From contig OZ219856.1 of assembly GCA_964291395.2 (NCBI GenBank), forward strand, positions 2,176,001-2,240,000: a stretch of 64,000 bases of DNA, in the 5' to 3' direction. Source of the DNA: Alphaproteobacteria bacterium (GTDB lineage: Bacteria; Pseudomonadota; Alphaproteobacteria; UBA2966). Below the pieces are notes generated by a model. That model saw nothing but the letters and a program-made list of their open reading frames with translations. It ran no database searches and was not told where the DNA came from. A program made the translations under genes and the position numbers. Of this stretch, positions 38,747 to 47,633 are shown piece by piece. How positions within the stretch are numbered: position 1 is the first letter of the stretch; each line of letters opens with the position of its first letter.

Positions 38747-40504
38747 ATGACAACTGACGATTCCGATCGGCATACCGGCGTTCGCTACCAGCCAGACGAG
38801 AGGCCTCCGGCGGCACTCACAGTCGCCCTCGGTCTGCAGCTCGCCATCCTCTGCATTGCCGGAATCGTGCTGACCCCCTCGATCGTGGTGCAGGCCGCCG
38901 GCGGCACCGAAGCCTACCTGTCCTGGGCGGTGTTCGCCGCCGTCGCGGTCAGCGGCGCGACAACGGTGCTGCAAGCTGTCCGGGTTGGCCGGATCGGCGC
39001 AGGCTATGTCCTCGCCATGGGCACGTCCGGGGCCTTCATCGCGGTCTGTGTCGTGGCCCTCGCCCGGGGCGGCCCGGCGATGCTCGCCACGCTGGTGGTC
39101 ATTTCATCGCTTTTCCAGTTCGCGCTCTCCACGCGGCTCTCGCTGCTCCGACGGATCCTGACTCCGACCGTGACGGGGACCGTGATCATGCTGATACCGG
39201 TCACGGTGATGCCAATCGTCTTCGGCGGGTTGAAGGACGTACCGGACGGCGCGCCGGCATCTGCCGCGCCGCTCTGCGCACTCGCGACCGCACTCATCAT
39301 CGGCGGCATCGCGCTCAAGGCGACGGGCGCCCTGCGCCTATGGGCGCCGGTCATCGGTGTCGTAGCCGGCTCGGTGCTCGCCGGTCTCTACGGCATCTAC
39401 GACGTCAGCCGCGTTGCAGAGGCCTCGTGGATCGGCCTCCCAGAGGGTGGATGGCCGGGCTTCGATCTCGACTTCGGGCCGGTTTTCTGGGCGCTTCTCC
39501 CGGCGTTCGTGTTCGTGACCCTGGTCGGCGCCATCGAGACGATCGGCGACGGGGTCGCCATCCAGCGCGTATCCTGGCGCCGGCCCCGTGCGGTGGATTT
39601 CCGGGCGGTACAGGGCGCGGTAGCCGCGGACGGCGTGGGCAACCTGCTGTCCGGTCTCGCGGGGACGGTGCCCAATACGACCTATTCGACGAGCATATCA
39701 ATGACCGCCCTCACCGGGATCGGAGCCCGTAGCGTCGGCATCGCGCTCGGAGTGGTGTTCCTCATTCTGGCGTTCATTCCCAAGGCGCTCGCCGTGGTCC
39801 TGGCGATACCGGGCCCGGTCGCCGCGGCCTATCTCACCGTGCTGCTGGCGATGCTGTTCGTGGTCGGCATGAGGATCGTCATTCAGGACGGGGTCGACTA
39901 TCGCAAGGGTCTGATCGCCGGCGTCGCGTTCTGGGTCGGCGCGGGATTTCAGCACGGCATGATCTTTCCCGAACACGTCTCGAAGCTGGCGGGCGGTCTC
40001 CTCGAGAACGGCATGACGACGGGGGGGTTGGTGGCCATTTTGATGACCCTGTTCATGGAACTGACGGCGCCCCGCCGCCGCCGGATCGAGATGGCGTTCG
40101 ACGTCTCGGTTCTACCCACAATAAGAGAGTTTCTCAGCGCGTTCGCGTCCCGCAGCGGCTGGGACGGCGGGATGGCGTACCGCCTCGACGCCGCCGCGGA
40201 GGAGACGCTGCTGACCTTGCTGCGGCAAAACGACGGCGAAGGAGAACGCGACCGCCGTCGCCTGCTCCTGACAGCGCACAAGGAAGACGGCGGCGCGGTG
40301 CTGGAATTCATCGCCGCTGGCGGAGAGGAAAACCTCGAGGACCGGATCGCGCTGCTTGGCGAGCGGACCGAAGAGGTTCAGGTCGAGCAAGAAGCCTCGC
40401 TGCGGCTGCTGCGGCACCTCGCGTCCTCGATTCGGCATCAGCAATACCACGACACGGATATCGTGACCGTCCGGGTGGACGCCCCGGGGGCAGGTCGGGA
40501 CTGA
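38747..40504 (+). CDS. NCS2 (xanthine/uracil) family permease with a C-terminal soluble GHKL-like domain
   Basis: YQPDERPP, LGLQ, VSGATTVLQ, ETIGD, ADGVG; many TM segments followed by a ~135 aa hydrophilic tail. Confidence 0.85.
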   Translation: MTTDDSDRHTGVRYQPDERPPAALTVALGLQLAILCIAGIVLTPSIVVQAAGGTEAYLSWAVFAAVAVSGATTVLQAVRVGRIGAGYVLAMGTSGAFIAVCVVALARGGPAMLATLVVISSLFQFALSTRLSLLRRILTPTVTGTVIMLIPVTVMPIVFGGLKDVPDGAPASAAPLCALATALIIGGIALKATGALRLWAPVIGVVAGSVLAGLYGIYDVSRVAEASWIGLPEGGWPGFDLDFGPVFWALLPAFVFVTLVGAIETIGDGVAIQRVSWRRPRAVDFRAVQGAVAADGVGNLLSGLAGTVPNTTYSTSISMTALTGIGARSVGIALGVVFLILAFIPKALAVVLAIPGPVAAAYLTVLLAMLFVVGMRIVIQDGVDYRKGLIAGVAFWVGAGFQHGMIFPEHVSKLAGGLLENGMTTGGLVAILMTLFMELTAPRRRRIEMAFDVSVLPTIREFLSAFASRSGWDGGMAYRLDAAAEETLLTLLRQNDGEGERDRRRLLLTAHKEDGGAVLEFIAAGGEENLEDRIALLGERTEEVQVEQEASLRLLRHLASSIRHQQYHDTDIVTVRVDAPGAGRD

Positions 40505-40647
40505 CGGGCGTGGAACGAGCCGGGAGGGCGACATGCCCGAACTGCGTCGTTCCAGGGGGGTGCCGCCGACTCGCTACCCTGCCGGCCGGAGTGACAGACC
40601 TCGACGCGGGGCGGTCCTCCTGCCGACGATGAGCGGACCAAAGCGGT

Positions 40648-41673
40648 TCAGTCGGGCTTGGCCAGGGCGGTTGCGATGCTCTCGAGGCGAACGGAGCCTG
40701 CCGGTTCCCCATTCCGGGTCACGGTGGCGACATCCGAACCGGTGCCGATCATCAACTGCAGAGCGTCGTCCAGGACGGTTTCCGCATCGACTTCCAGTCC
40801 GCCGTCCGCGTTTTCGGTGTCCATGATCGAGGCGACCTGAATCACCCGACCCCGGTTGATGTCCTTGATGAATTCGGCGACGTAGTCGTCGGCCGGCCGC
40901 ATGATGATATCCTGGGGGGTCCCGATCTGCACGGCTTCCCCGTCCCGCAGGATGGCGATGCTGTTTCCGATTCGGAGAGCTTCGTCGAGATCGTGCGTAA
41001 TGAAGATGATGGTCTTGTGCAGCTCGGTCTGCAGGTCGAGAAGAATGTCCTGCATATCGGTGCGAATGAGGGGATCGAGCGCCGAGAACGGCTCGTCCAT
41101 CAGAAGAATTTCGGGATCCGTCGCGAGCGCGCGGGCAAGGCCCACTCTCTGCCGCATTCCGCCCGAGAGATGGGTCGTGTAGTAGTCCTCATACCCCGTG
41201 AGTCCGACCCGCTCGATCCAGCGCCGACCGCGTTTGTCCCTCTCCGCCTTGTCGATGCCTTGAACGCTGAGGCCGTATGCCACGTTGTCGGCCACGGTAC
41301 GGTGGGGCAGGAGCGCAAAGCCCTGAAACACCATGGACGCCTTGGAGCGCCGGAACTGCCGCAGCTCGACCGGCGTCATCGCGAGAATGTCCTCTCCATC
41401 AACGATCACCTCTCCCGCGGTCGGTTCGATGAGCCGGTTGATGTGGCGGATCAATGTGGATTTTCCCGACCCCGACAGTCCCATGATGACCTGAACTTGA
41501 TGGGCGGCGACGTCCAGGTTGATGTTCCTGAGGCCGAGCACGTGTCCATGCTTGTCGAGCAGATCCTCCTTCGAGACCCCGGCCTCGACATGCTCCGTCA
41601 TGGCGGCCGCGTCGGGGCCAAAGATCTTGTAGAGGCTCCTGATCCGAACCTTGACGCCAGAGTTAGTGCCCAT
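40648..41673 (-). CDS. proV: Betaine/proline-type ABC transporter ATP-binding subunit
   Basis: MGLSGSGKST, LSGGMRQRVGLARALA, MDEPFSALDP, FITHDLDEA. Confidence 0.92.
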   Translation of the reverse strand: MGTNSGVKVRIRSLYKIFGPDAAAMTEHVEAGVSKEDLLDKHGHVLGLRNINLDVAAHQVQVIMGLSGSGKSTLIRHINRLIEPTAGEVIVDGEDILAMTPVELRQFRRSKASMVFQGFALLPHRTVADNVAYGLSVQGIDKAERDKRGRRWIERVGLTGYEDYYTTHLSGGMRQRVGLARALATDPEILLMDEPFSALDPLIRTDMQDILLDLQTELHKTIIFITHDLDEALRIGNSIAILRDGEAVQIGTPQDIIMRPADDYVAEFIKDINRGRVIQVASIMDTENADGGLEVDAETVLDDALQLMIGTGSDVATVTRNGEPAGSVRLESIATALAKPD

Positions 41674-42547
41674 CAAACCGATGCTTCTGAATGTTCTTTC
41701 CGAATCCCTGGGAGATACGGTCGAAGATGATGGCGAGCACCACGATCGCGAGGCCGTTCAACAGGCCCAGGGCGAGATACTGATTGGCGACCGCCCGCAA
41801 CACCGGGATACCCAGCCCCGGGACCCCGATCATGGACGCGATAACGACCATCGCCAGCGACATCATGATCGTCTGGTTCACGCCGGCGAAAATATTGGGC
41901 AGCGCCAGGGGAATCTGCACGCCGAACAACTTCTGACGATAGCTGGCGCCGAAGGCGTCGGCGGCTTCAAGTACTTCCCTGTCGACCAGGCGAATTCCCA
42001 GATTGGTCAGACGCACGATCGGGGGAATCGCATAGATGCACACGGCGAGCAGCCCGGGAACCTTTCCGATGCCCAGCAGCATGACGACGGGGATCAGATA
42101 GACGAAGCTCGGAATCGTCTGCATGACGTCGAGCAGGGGCGTGATCAACCCCTGCACGCGGTCGGAGCGCGCCATGGCGACGCCGACGGGAATGCCGACC
42201 ACGATGCAAATGAGCGTGGCGACCGAGATGATGGCCAGCGTGGCCATCGTGTCATGCCACATGCCCAGGTAGCCGATCACGAGAAACGAAGCGACCGTTC
42301 CTCCCACCACCAGCCAGTTGCGCGCGCCGAGCCAAGCCAGCACGGCGATGACGACGACGACCAGCGGCCACGGGCTGTTCTGCAGCAGCTTTTCGAACCA
42401 GACCAGGAAATACAGCAATGGTTCGAAGAACGTCTCCAGCGCCTCGCCGTAGGCGCGGGAGAAATCGCGAAAGCCACGGTCTATGGCCTTCTTCAGGTCG
42501 CGTAGTTCCTGATCCCCCATGGTGGGGAATTCACTGAGAAATTCCAC
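41663..42547 (-). CDS. proW: Betaine/proline-type ABC transporter permease
   Basis: LDVMQTIPSFVYLIP, EAADAFG, GVNQTIMMSL. Confidence 0.92.
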   Translation of the reverse strand: MEFLSEFPTMGDQELRDLKKAIDRGFRDFSRAYGEALETFFEPLLYFLVWFEKLLQNSPWPLVVVVIAVLAWLGARNWLVVGGTVASFLVIGYLGMWHDTMATLAIISVATLICIVVGIPVGVAMARSDRVQGLITPLLDVMQTIPSFVYLIPVVMLLGIGKVPGLLAVCIYAIPPIVRLTNLGIRLVDREVLEAADAFGASYRQKLFGVQIPLALPNIFAGVNQTIMMSLAMVVIASMIGVPGLGIPVLRAVANQYLALGLLNGLAIVVLAIIFDRISQGFGKNIQKHRFDGH

Positions 42548-42573
42548 GACTTCTGGCTCTGGCGCGAAACGGT

Positions 42574-42607
42574 TGGGCCCGCCAATACCGAACGATCAGC
42601 GGGCCCA
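42574..42607 (-). terminator. Intercistronic hairpin between the binding-protein gene and the permease gene
   Basis: TGGGCCCGC...GCGGGCCCA inverted repeat. Confidence 0.45.
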
Positions 42608-42630
42608 CGAGACCTGAGAGATTCTCGGAT

Positions 42631-43632
42631 CTAGAGCGAGGATTTCACCTTCGCCGCGGCGTCGGCCGAGACCCACTCGGCCCAGACGCTCTCGTGCTGG
42701 CGCAGGAACTCAAGCGCCGCGTCTTCGCCGGTGGCTTGGTTGTCCACCATGTAGGCCAGCATGCCGTTCATGATGGCGCCTGGAAAGACGCGTGCCCTCA
42801 AGTAGTCGAGCGCCACCCCGCCGGTCTTGTTGAACTCCTCACCGACGACGGTATGCACCTCGGATTCGGTCCACGCCGAGGGTTTCGGGTCCGCGCATTC
42901 CTGTTCCGGCTTGACGATGCAACCGTCCCAATTGTCGCTGCCGCCGAAGGGCACCCCGAACGGTACCTTGACCATGCCGTACTTGCCGATCAGAGCGGTC
43001 GGCGACCAGTAGTATCCGAACCAGTTCTCGCCCCGCTCCACGGCTTTGGCCATGGACCCGTCCAGACCCGCGGCGGAACCGGGGTCGACCAGAACCCAGC
43101 CCATTTCCTCCATATCGAAGGCGCGAAAGAGGTTCGCGTTGGTCAGCTGGCAACCCCAGCCGGCCGGGCAGCCGACAAATGCGCCCTTCGACGAATCTTC
43201 CTGGTGGGGGAACAGGTCGGGGCGTTTCAGGATGTCCAAAACCGTCTTCAGTTCAGGATGTTTCTCGGCCGTGTGCGGCGGAATCCACCAGCCCTCGCCA
43301 AGCCCGGAGATCGGTCCGTCGTTGAGCGAGTGCAGGCGCCCTTCATCCATGGCCGTCTTGAGCGGGTGCCGCACGGCATTGACCCAGAGCTCGCTCGCGA
43401 CGTCGGGCTGACCCTTCTCGTTCATCGACGTGAAGGTCGGCATGGTGTCGCCCGGCACCAACGAAGCGTCGCAGCCGTAACCTCTTTCCAAGATGATCTT
43501 GTCCACGTTGGCCATCAGCTCGGCCGATGCCCAGTTCATGTTCGCGATCGTGACGGTCCCGCACGCTAGCGCGCCGTGGGAAAGCCCCAGCAAAACAGCT
43601 CCTGTCGCCAGGGCCACGAGCCTCTTATTCAT
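42631..43632 (-). CDS. Betaine/proline-family ABC substrate-binding protein
   Basis: Signal peptide MNKRLVALATG, MNWAS, GCPAGWGC, YYWSP; GGGAGG RBS. Confidence 0.9.
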   Translation of the reverse strand: MNKRLVALATGAVLLGLSHGALACGTVTIANMNWASAELMANVDKIILERGYGCDASLVPGDTMPTFTSMNEKGQPDVASELWVNAVRHPLKTAMDEGRLHSLNDGPISGLGEGWWIPPHTAEKHPELKTVLDILKRPDLFPHQEDSSKGAFVGCPAGWGCQLTNANLFRAFDMEEMGWVLVDPGSAAGLDGSMAKAVERGENWFGYYWSPTALIGKYGMVKVPFGVPFGGSDNWDGCIVKPEQECADPKPSAWTESEVHTVVGEEFNKTGGVALDYLRARVFPGAIMNGMLAYMVDNQATGEDAALEFLRQHESVWAEWVSADAAAKVKSSL

Positions 43633-43739
43633 ATCCACCTCCCTGCATTTCGGCTTCCGTGACATCGGAGCATAAACGAGATGTCGTGAAATGCACAAAT
43701 CTGTTTCTCACGTAACTCCACGTCACGCGCCCCTTGCGG

Positions 43740-44750
43740 CTACGATGCGGGACCTCCCTCCTCCGCGGGCTCGCCGTATGGGCAGGCTGCAAAGTGGCGG
43801 TTTCCGAAATCGCGCATGGCTGGGCGCTCGCCCGCGCAGGACAATCGTGCCACGGGACAGCGAGTCCGAAACACGCAGCCGGAGGGTGGCGTCAGGGGTG
43901 ACGGCAGGTCGCCCTTCAGCACCGGTACACCGCGCCCGCGCTCGATTGCGGGATCCGGGATCGGAACCGCAGAGACAAGGGCGCGGGTGTAAGGATGGCG
44001 CGAGGCATAGACGAGGTCGCGCGCGGCGGCGTATTCCATCACGCGGCCGAGATAGAACACCATTATCCGGTCGGAGATGTGCTTGACCACGCTCAGGTCG
44101 TGCGCGATGAAGATCAACGCCAAATCGAGCTCACGCTTCAGATCGCCGAGCAGATTGATGATCTGGGCCTGTACGCTCACGTCGAGGGCGGATACCGGTT
44201 CGTCGCATATCACCAGCCGGGGGTGCACGATCAGCGCCCGGGCGATGTTGATGCGCTGGCACTGACCGCCCGAGAATTCGTGCGGGTAGCAGTTCAACTG
44301 ACCCGGCAGCAGGCCCACGCGCTGCATCATCGCCGCCACCCGCGTCCTGACCTCGTCCTTCGGCAGACGGGATTCGTGGGTGGTGAGCGACTCGGCGATG
44401 ATCTCGCCCGCCGTCATCCGAGGATCCAATGCTGCAAGCGGATCCTGGAAGATCATCTGGATGTCGCGACGATGGCGGTGACGGTCCTTGGGCTCCATCG
44501 CCAGCAGGTCCTCACCCCGCCAGAGCGCCTGTCCCCCGGAGGCAGGCACCGTACCCATCAGCGCGCGGGCCAAAGTGGACTTTCCCGACCCACTCTCTCC
44601 CACGATGCCAAGGGTTTCTCCCGGACCCAGGTCGAAGCTCACACCCTGCACGGCCCGTAGCGGCTGCGTGCGCGCCCATGGACGGACTCCCCTCGACCGT
44701 ACGGAGAAGGTAACCGAAAGGTCGCGGACGGAAAGGAGCGGCGCGCTCAT
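43740..44750 (-). CDS. oppF: Oligopeptide ABC transporter ATPase
   Basis: GESGSGKST, HEFSGGQCQR, CDEPVSALD, PSGCVFRTRC. Confidence 0.93.
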   Translation of the reverse strand: MSAPLLSVRDLSVTFSVRSRGVRPWARTQPLRAVQGVSFDLGPGETLGIVGESGSGKSTLARALMGTVPASGGQALWRGEDLLAMEPKDRHRHRRDIQMIFQDPLAALDPRMTAGEIIAESLTTHESRLPKDEVRTRVAAMMQRVGLLPGQLNCYPHEFSGGQCQRINIARALIVHPRLVICDEPVSALDVSVQAQIINLLGDLKRELDLALIFIAHDLSVVKHISDRIMVFYLGRVMEYAAARDLVYASRHPYTRALVSAVPIPDPAIERGRGVPVLKGDLPSPLTPPSGCVFRTRCPVARLSCAGERPAMRDFGNRHFAACPYGEPAEEGGPAS

Positions 44751-45715
44751 GATGCCCGGTCGAGCGGCCGATGGCAGGCGATCCGGCCGTCGGGAGGAAA
44801 GGGCACGAGCGCCGGTGATTCACGTTCGCAGCGTTCGACCACCCGCGGGCAGCGCACGGCAAAGGGACAGCCGGGGGCAAGCCGGCCCGGATTGGTTGGG
44901 TTGCCGGGAATGGCGGGAAGGCGCTCGTCATCGCGGTCGAGCCTGGGCACCGCCTTCAGCAATCCCCGGGTATAGGGGTGCCGGGGGACCGCGAAGATAC
45001 GGTCTACCGGTCCGCTTTCCATGATCCGCCCCCCGTAGAGAACCACCATCTCGTCACAGTTTCCGGCGACGATTCCCGCGTCATGGGTGACCAGGACGAC
45101 GGCGGTGCCGAACCTGTCCCGAACCTCGGCGAGCAGCCGCATGATCTGGGACTGCACGGTGACGTCGAGGGCGGTGGTCGGCTCATCGGCGATCAGCAGG
45201 CGGGGACGGCAGGCAAGCGCCATCGCGATCAGTACCCGCTGCCGCATGCCGCCGGAAAACTCGTGCGGATACATGCAGATCCGCTCGCTCGCATCCGGGA
45301 CTTCCATTTCATCGAGGAGGCGAACGGACTCGGCGAGTGCTTCGCGCCGGTTCATGCCCCGATGCAGGGTCAACACCTCCGTCATCTGGTCGGCGATACG
45401 CATGTACGGATTGAGCGAAGTCATCGGGTCCTGAAAGATCATGGCGATCTGGCTGGAGCGAACCCGGTTGAGCGCGGCGTCGTCCAGGCCGATGAGCTCG
45501 GCATCGTCGAATTCCACGGAACCGGTGGCGGTGCCGTTGCGGGCCAGCAGACCCATGATGGCGAACATGAGCTGGCTCTTGCCGGAGCCGCTCTCGCCCA
45601 CGACGGCGAGCGACTGGCCCGCCTCGACGGTCAGGTCGACCCCGTTGACCGCGTCGACCCTGCCGTCAATCGTCTCGAAGGACACCCGAAGGTCGCGTAC
45701 CCGCAGCAACGCCAT
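44747..45715 (-). CDS. oppD: Oligopeptide ABC transporter ATPase
   Basis: GESGSGKSQ, FQDPMTSLNP, SGGMRQR, GCPFAVRC. Confidence 0.93.
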   Translation of the reverse strand: MALLRVRDLRVSFETIDGRVDAVNGVDLTVEAGQSLAVVGESGSGKSQLMFAIMGLLARNGTATGSVEFDDAELIGLDDAALNRVRSSQIAMIFQDPMTSLNPYMRIADQMTEVLTLHRGMNRREALAESVRLLDEMEVPDASERICMYPHEFSGGMRQRVLIAMALACRPRLLIADEPTTALDVTVQSQIMRLLAEVRDRFGTAVVLVTHDAGIVAGNCDEMVVLYGGRIMESGPVDRIFAVPRHPYTRGLLKAVPRLDRDDERLPAIPGNPTNPGRLAPGCPFAVRCPRVVERCERESPALVPFPPDGRIACHRPLDRAS

Positions 45716-45718
45716 GGC

Positions 45719-46651
45719 TCAGCGGTCCTTCGGGTCGAGCGCATCGCGCAGCCCGTCGCCCAGAAAGAAGAACGAGAACAGCGTGACGAAGAAGAAGAAG
45801 AGCGGAAAGAGAAGCTGCCAGAGCGTGCCGTACTGCATCTGGCTCGCACCGTCGTTGATGAGGGCCCCCCAGCTCGTGTCGGGCTCCTGCACCCCGAGGC
45901 CGAGGAAGCTGATGAAGCTCTCGTAGATGATCATCGAAGGCACCAGCAGCGTGGCGTAGACGATCACCACACCCAGCAGGTTGGGAATGATGTGGCGCAC
46001 GATGATCCTGCGGGGCCGCACGCCGATGGCTACAGCCGCCTCGACGAATTCCCGGTTCTTGATGCTGAGGGTCTGCCCGCGGGCGATCCGGGCCATGTCG
46101 AGCCAGCTGATGAGACCGATGCCCACGAACAGCATCAGGATCGAGCGGCCGAAGACGACCATGAAGATGATCAACACGAACATGTACGGAATGGCCATGA
46201 GCACATCGACGATGCGCATCATGACGCTGTCGAGCCGGCCGCCGAAGTAGCCGGCCGTAGCCCCGTAAAGCGTACCGACCACCACCGAGATCAGCGCACC
46301 CACGATGCCGACCATCAGCGAGATCCGAGTGCCCTGCACCGTGCGCGCGTAAAGATCGCGACCGAGCACGTCCACCCCGAAATAGTGACCGCTGGCGAGC
46401 GAGGGCGCCCCCTTCTCCGCAACGTCGCCGAGTACGGACCAATCGATCTCCTCGTTGGACCAGGACGCGGCCAAGTCGCCGAACAGGGCGAAGACCGCGA
46501 CGAACGCGAGCGCGACCAGGCTCGTTACCGCGGCGCGGTTGCGGAAGAAACGTGTCCGCGCGTCCTGCCAGAGCGAGCGCCCGTCGGGTCCCCGGTCGGT
46601 ACGGGAGCCGGAAATTGCCACCTGGGGGCGTCGTCCGAAGAGGAAAACCAT
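45719..46651 (-). CDS. oppC: Oligopeptide ABC transporter permease
   Basis: GRSLWQDA..RFFRNRAA, LGRDL, EFVEAA, SFLGLG. Confidence 0.93.
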   Translation of the reverse strand: MVFLFGRRPQVAISGSRTDRGPDGRSLWQDARTRFFRNRAAVTSLVALAFVAVFALFGDLAASWSNEEIDWSVLGDVAEKGAPSLASGHYFGVDVLGRDLYARTVQGTRISLMVGIVGALISVVVGTLYGATAGYFGGRLDSVMMRIVDVLMAIPYMFVLIIFMVVFGRSILMLFVGIGLISWLDMARIARGQTLSIKNREFVEAAVAIGVRPRRIIVRHIIPNLLGVVIVYATLLVPSMIIYESFISFLGLGVQEPDTSWGALINDGASQMQYGTLWQLLFPLFFFFVTLFSFFFLGDGLRDALDPKDR

Positions 46652-46655
46652 CGCC

Positions 46656-47579
46656 TCAGTACCGGATCCGCGGATCTATCCAGACGTAGAGGAGGTCGAC
46701 CAGCAGACTGAACAGAACGGTCAGCGCACCGGTCAGGATGGTGACTCCCATTATCACCGGATAGTCGCGGTTGAGGGCCGAATTGACGAAGAACTGTCCG
46801 ATGCCGCCGGTTGCGAAGAAGACATCGATCACGACCGAGCCGGTAACCATGCCGACGAAAGCCGGGCCGAGAAAGGAAATCACCGGCAGCATCGCGGGCT
46901 TCAGCGCATGGCCGAAGACGATCCGCCGCCGGGGCAGGCCTTTGGCGCGGGCGGCGCGGATGAAGTCCGAATTCAGCACCTCCAGCATGGAAGAGCGGCT
47001 GATCCGCGCGATCGAGGCCATGAACGATGTCGAGAGGGCGATGACCGGCATCACGACGTAGGACCACTGCCCTCCCTGCCAGCCGCCCCCAGGAAGCCAC
47101 CCCAGCCAGAGCGTGAAGACCAGGGTCAGAATCGGCGCCATGACGAAGTTCGGGAGCACCTGGGCGCCAATCGAGACCCCCACGGCGAGGTAGTCGAGAA
47201 AGGAGTTGTGGCGGACGGCCGCCGTGACCCCGAGCGAAATGCCGGCCAAGACCGCGACCGCGAAGGCCCAGGCGCCGTAGGTGAGGGTCACGGGAAAACC
47301 CTGCCGGATGATCTCGTTGACGGTCTGATCCTTGTATTGAAACGATGGACCGAAATCGAACTCGGTAACGATCGAAACGACGTAGCGCCAGATCTGCACG
47401 ACCAGCGGCTGGTCGAGTCCGTATTTCCGTTCGAGGTTCGCCATGACCTCGGGCGGGAGCACGCGTTCGGTGTCGAACGGCCCGCCAGGGGCAGCGTAAA
47501 TCAATACATAAGAAACGACGATGAGGACGAGCAGCGTCGGTATCGCGACCGCGAGCCGCTTGAGCAGGTAAACGATCAT
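46656..47579 (-). CDS. oppB: Oligopeptide ABC transporter permease
   Basis: APGGPFD, FDFGPSF, FIRAARAKGL, NRDYP, IDPRIRY. Confidence 0.93.
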   Translation of the reverse strand: MIVYLLKRLAVAIPTLLVLIVVSYVLIYAAPGGPFDTERVLPPEVMANLERKYGLDQPLVVQIWRYVVSIVTEFDFGPSFQYKDQTVNEIIRQGFPVTLTYGAWAFAVAVLAGISLGVTAAVRHNSFLDYLAVGVSIGAQVLPNFVMAPILTLVFTLWLGWLPGGGWQGGQWSYVVMPVIALSTSFMASIARISRSSMLEVLNSDFIRAARAKGLPRRRIVFGHALKPAMLPVISFLGPAFVGMVTGSVVIDVFFATGGIGQFFVNSALNRDYPVIMGVTILTGALTVLFSLLVDLLYVWIDPRIRY

Positions 47580-47633
47580 CCGGCGCCCCACTGCCGTGGC
47601 CCGTGGCGGAACACCGGGGCACCCCCGCCGCGA

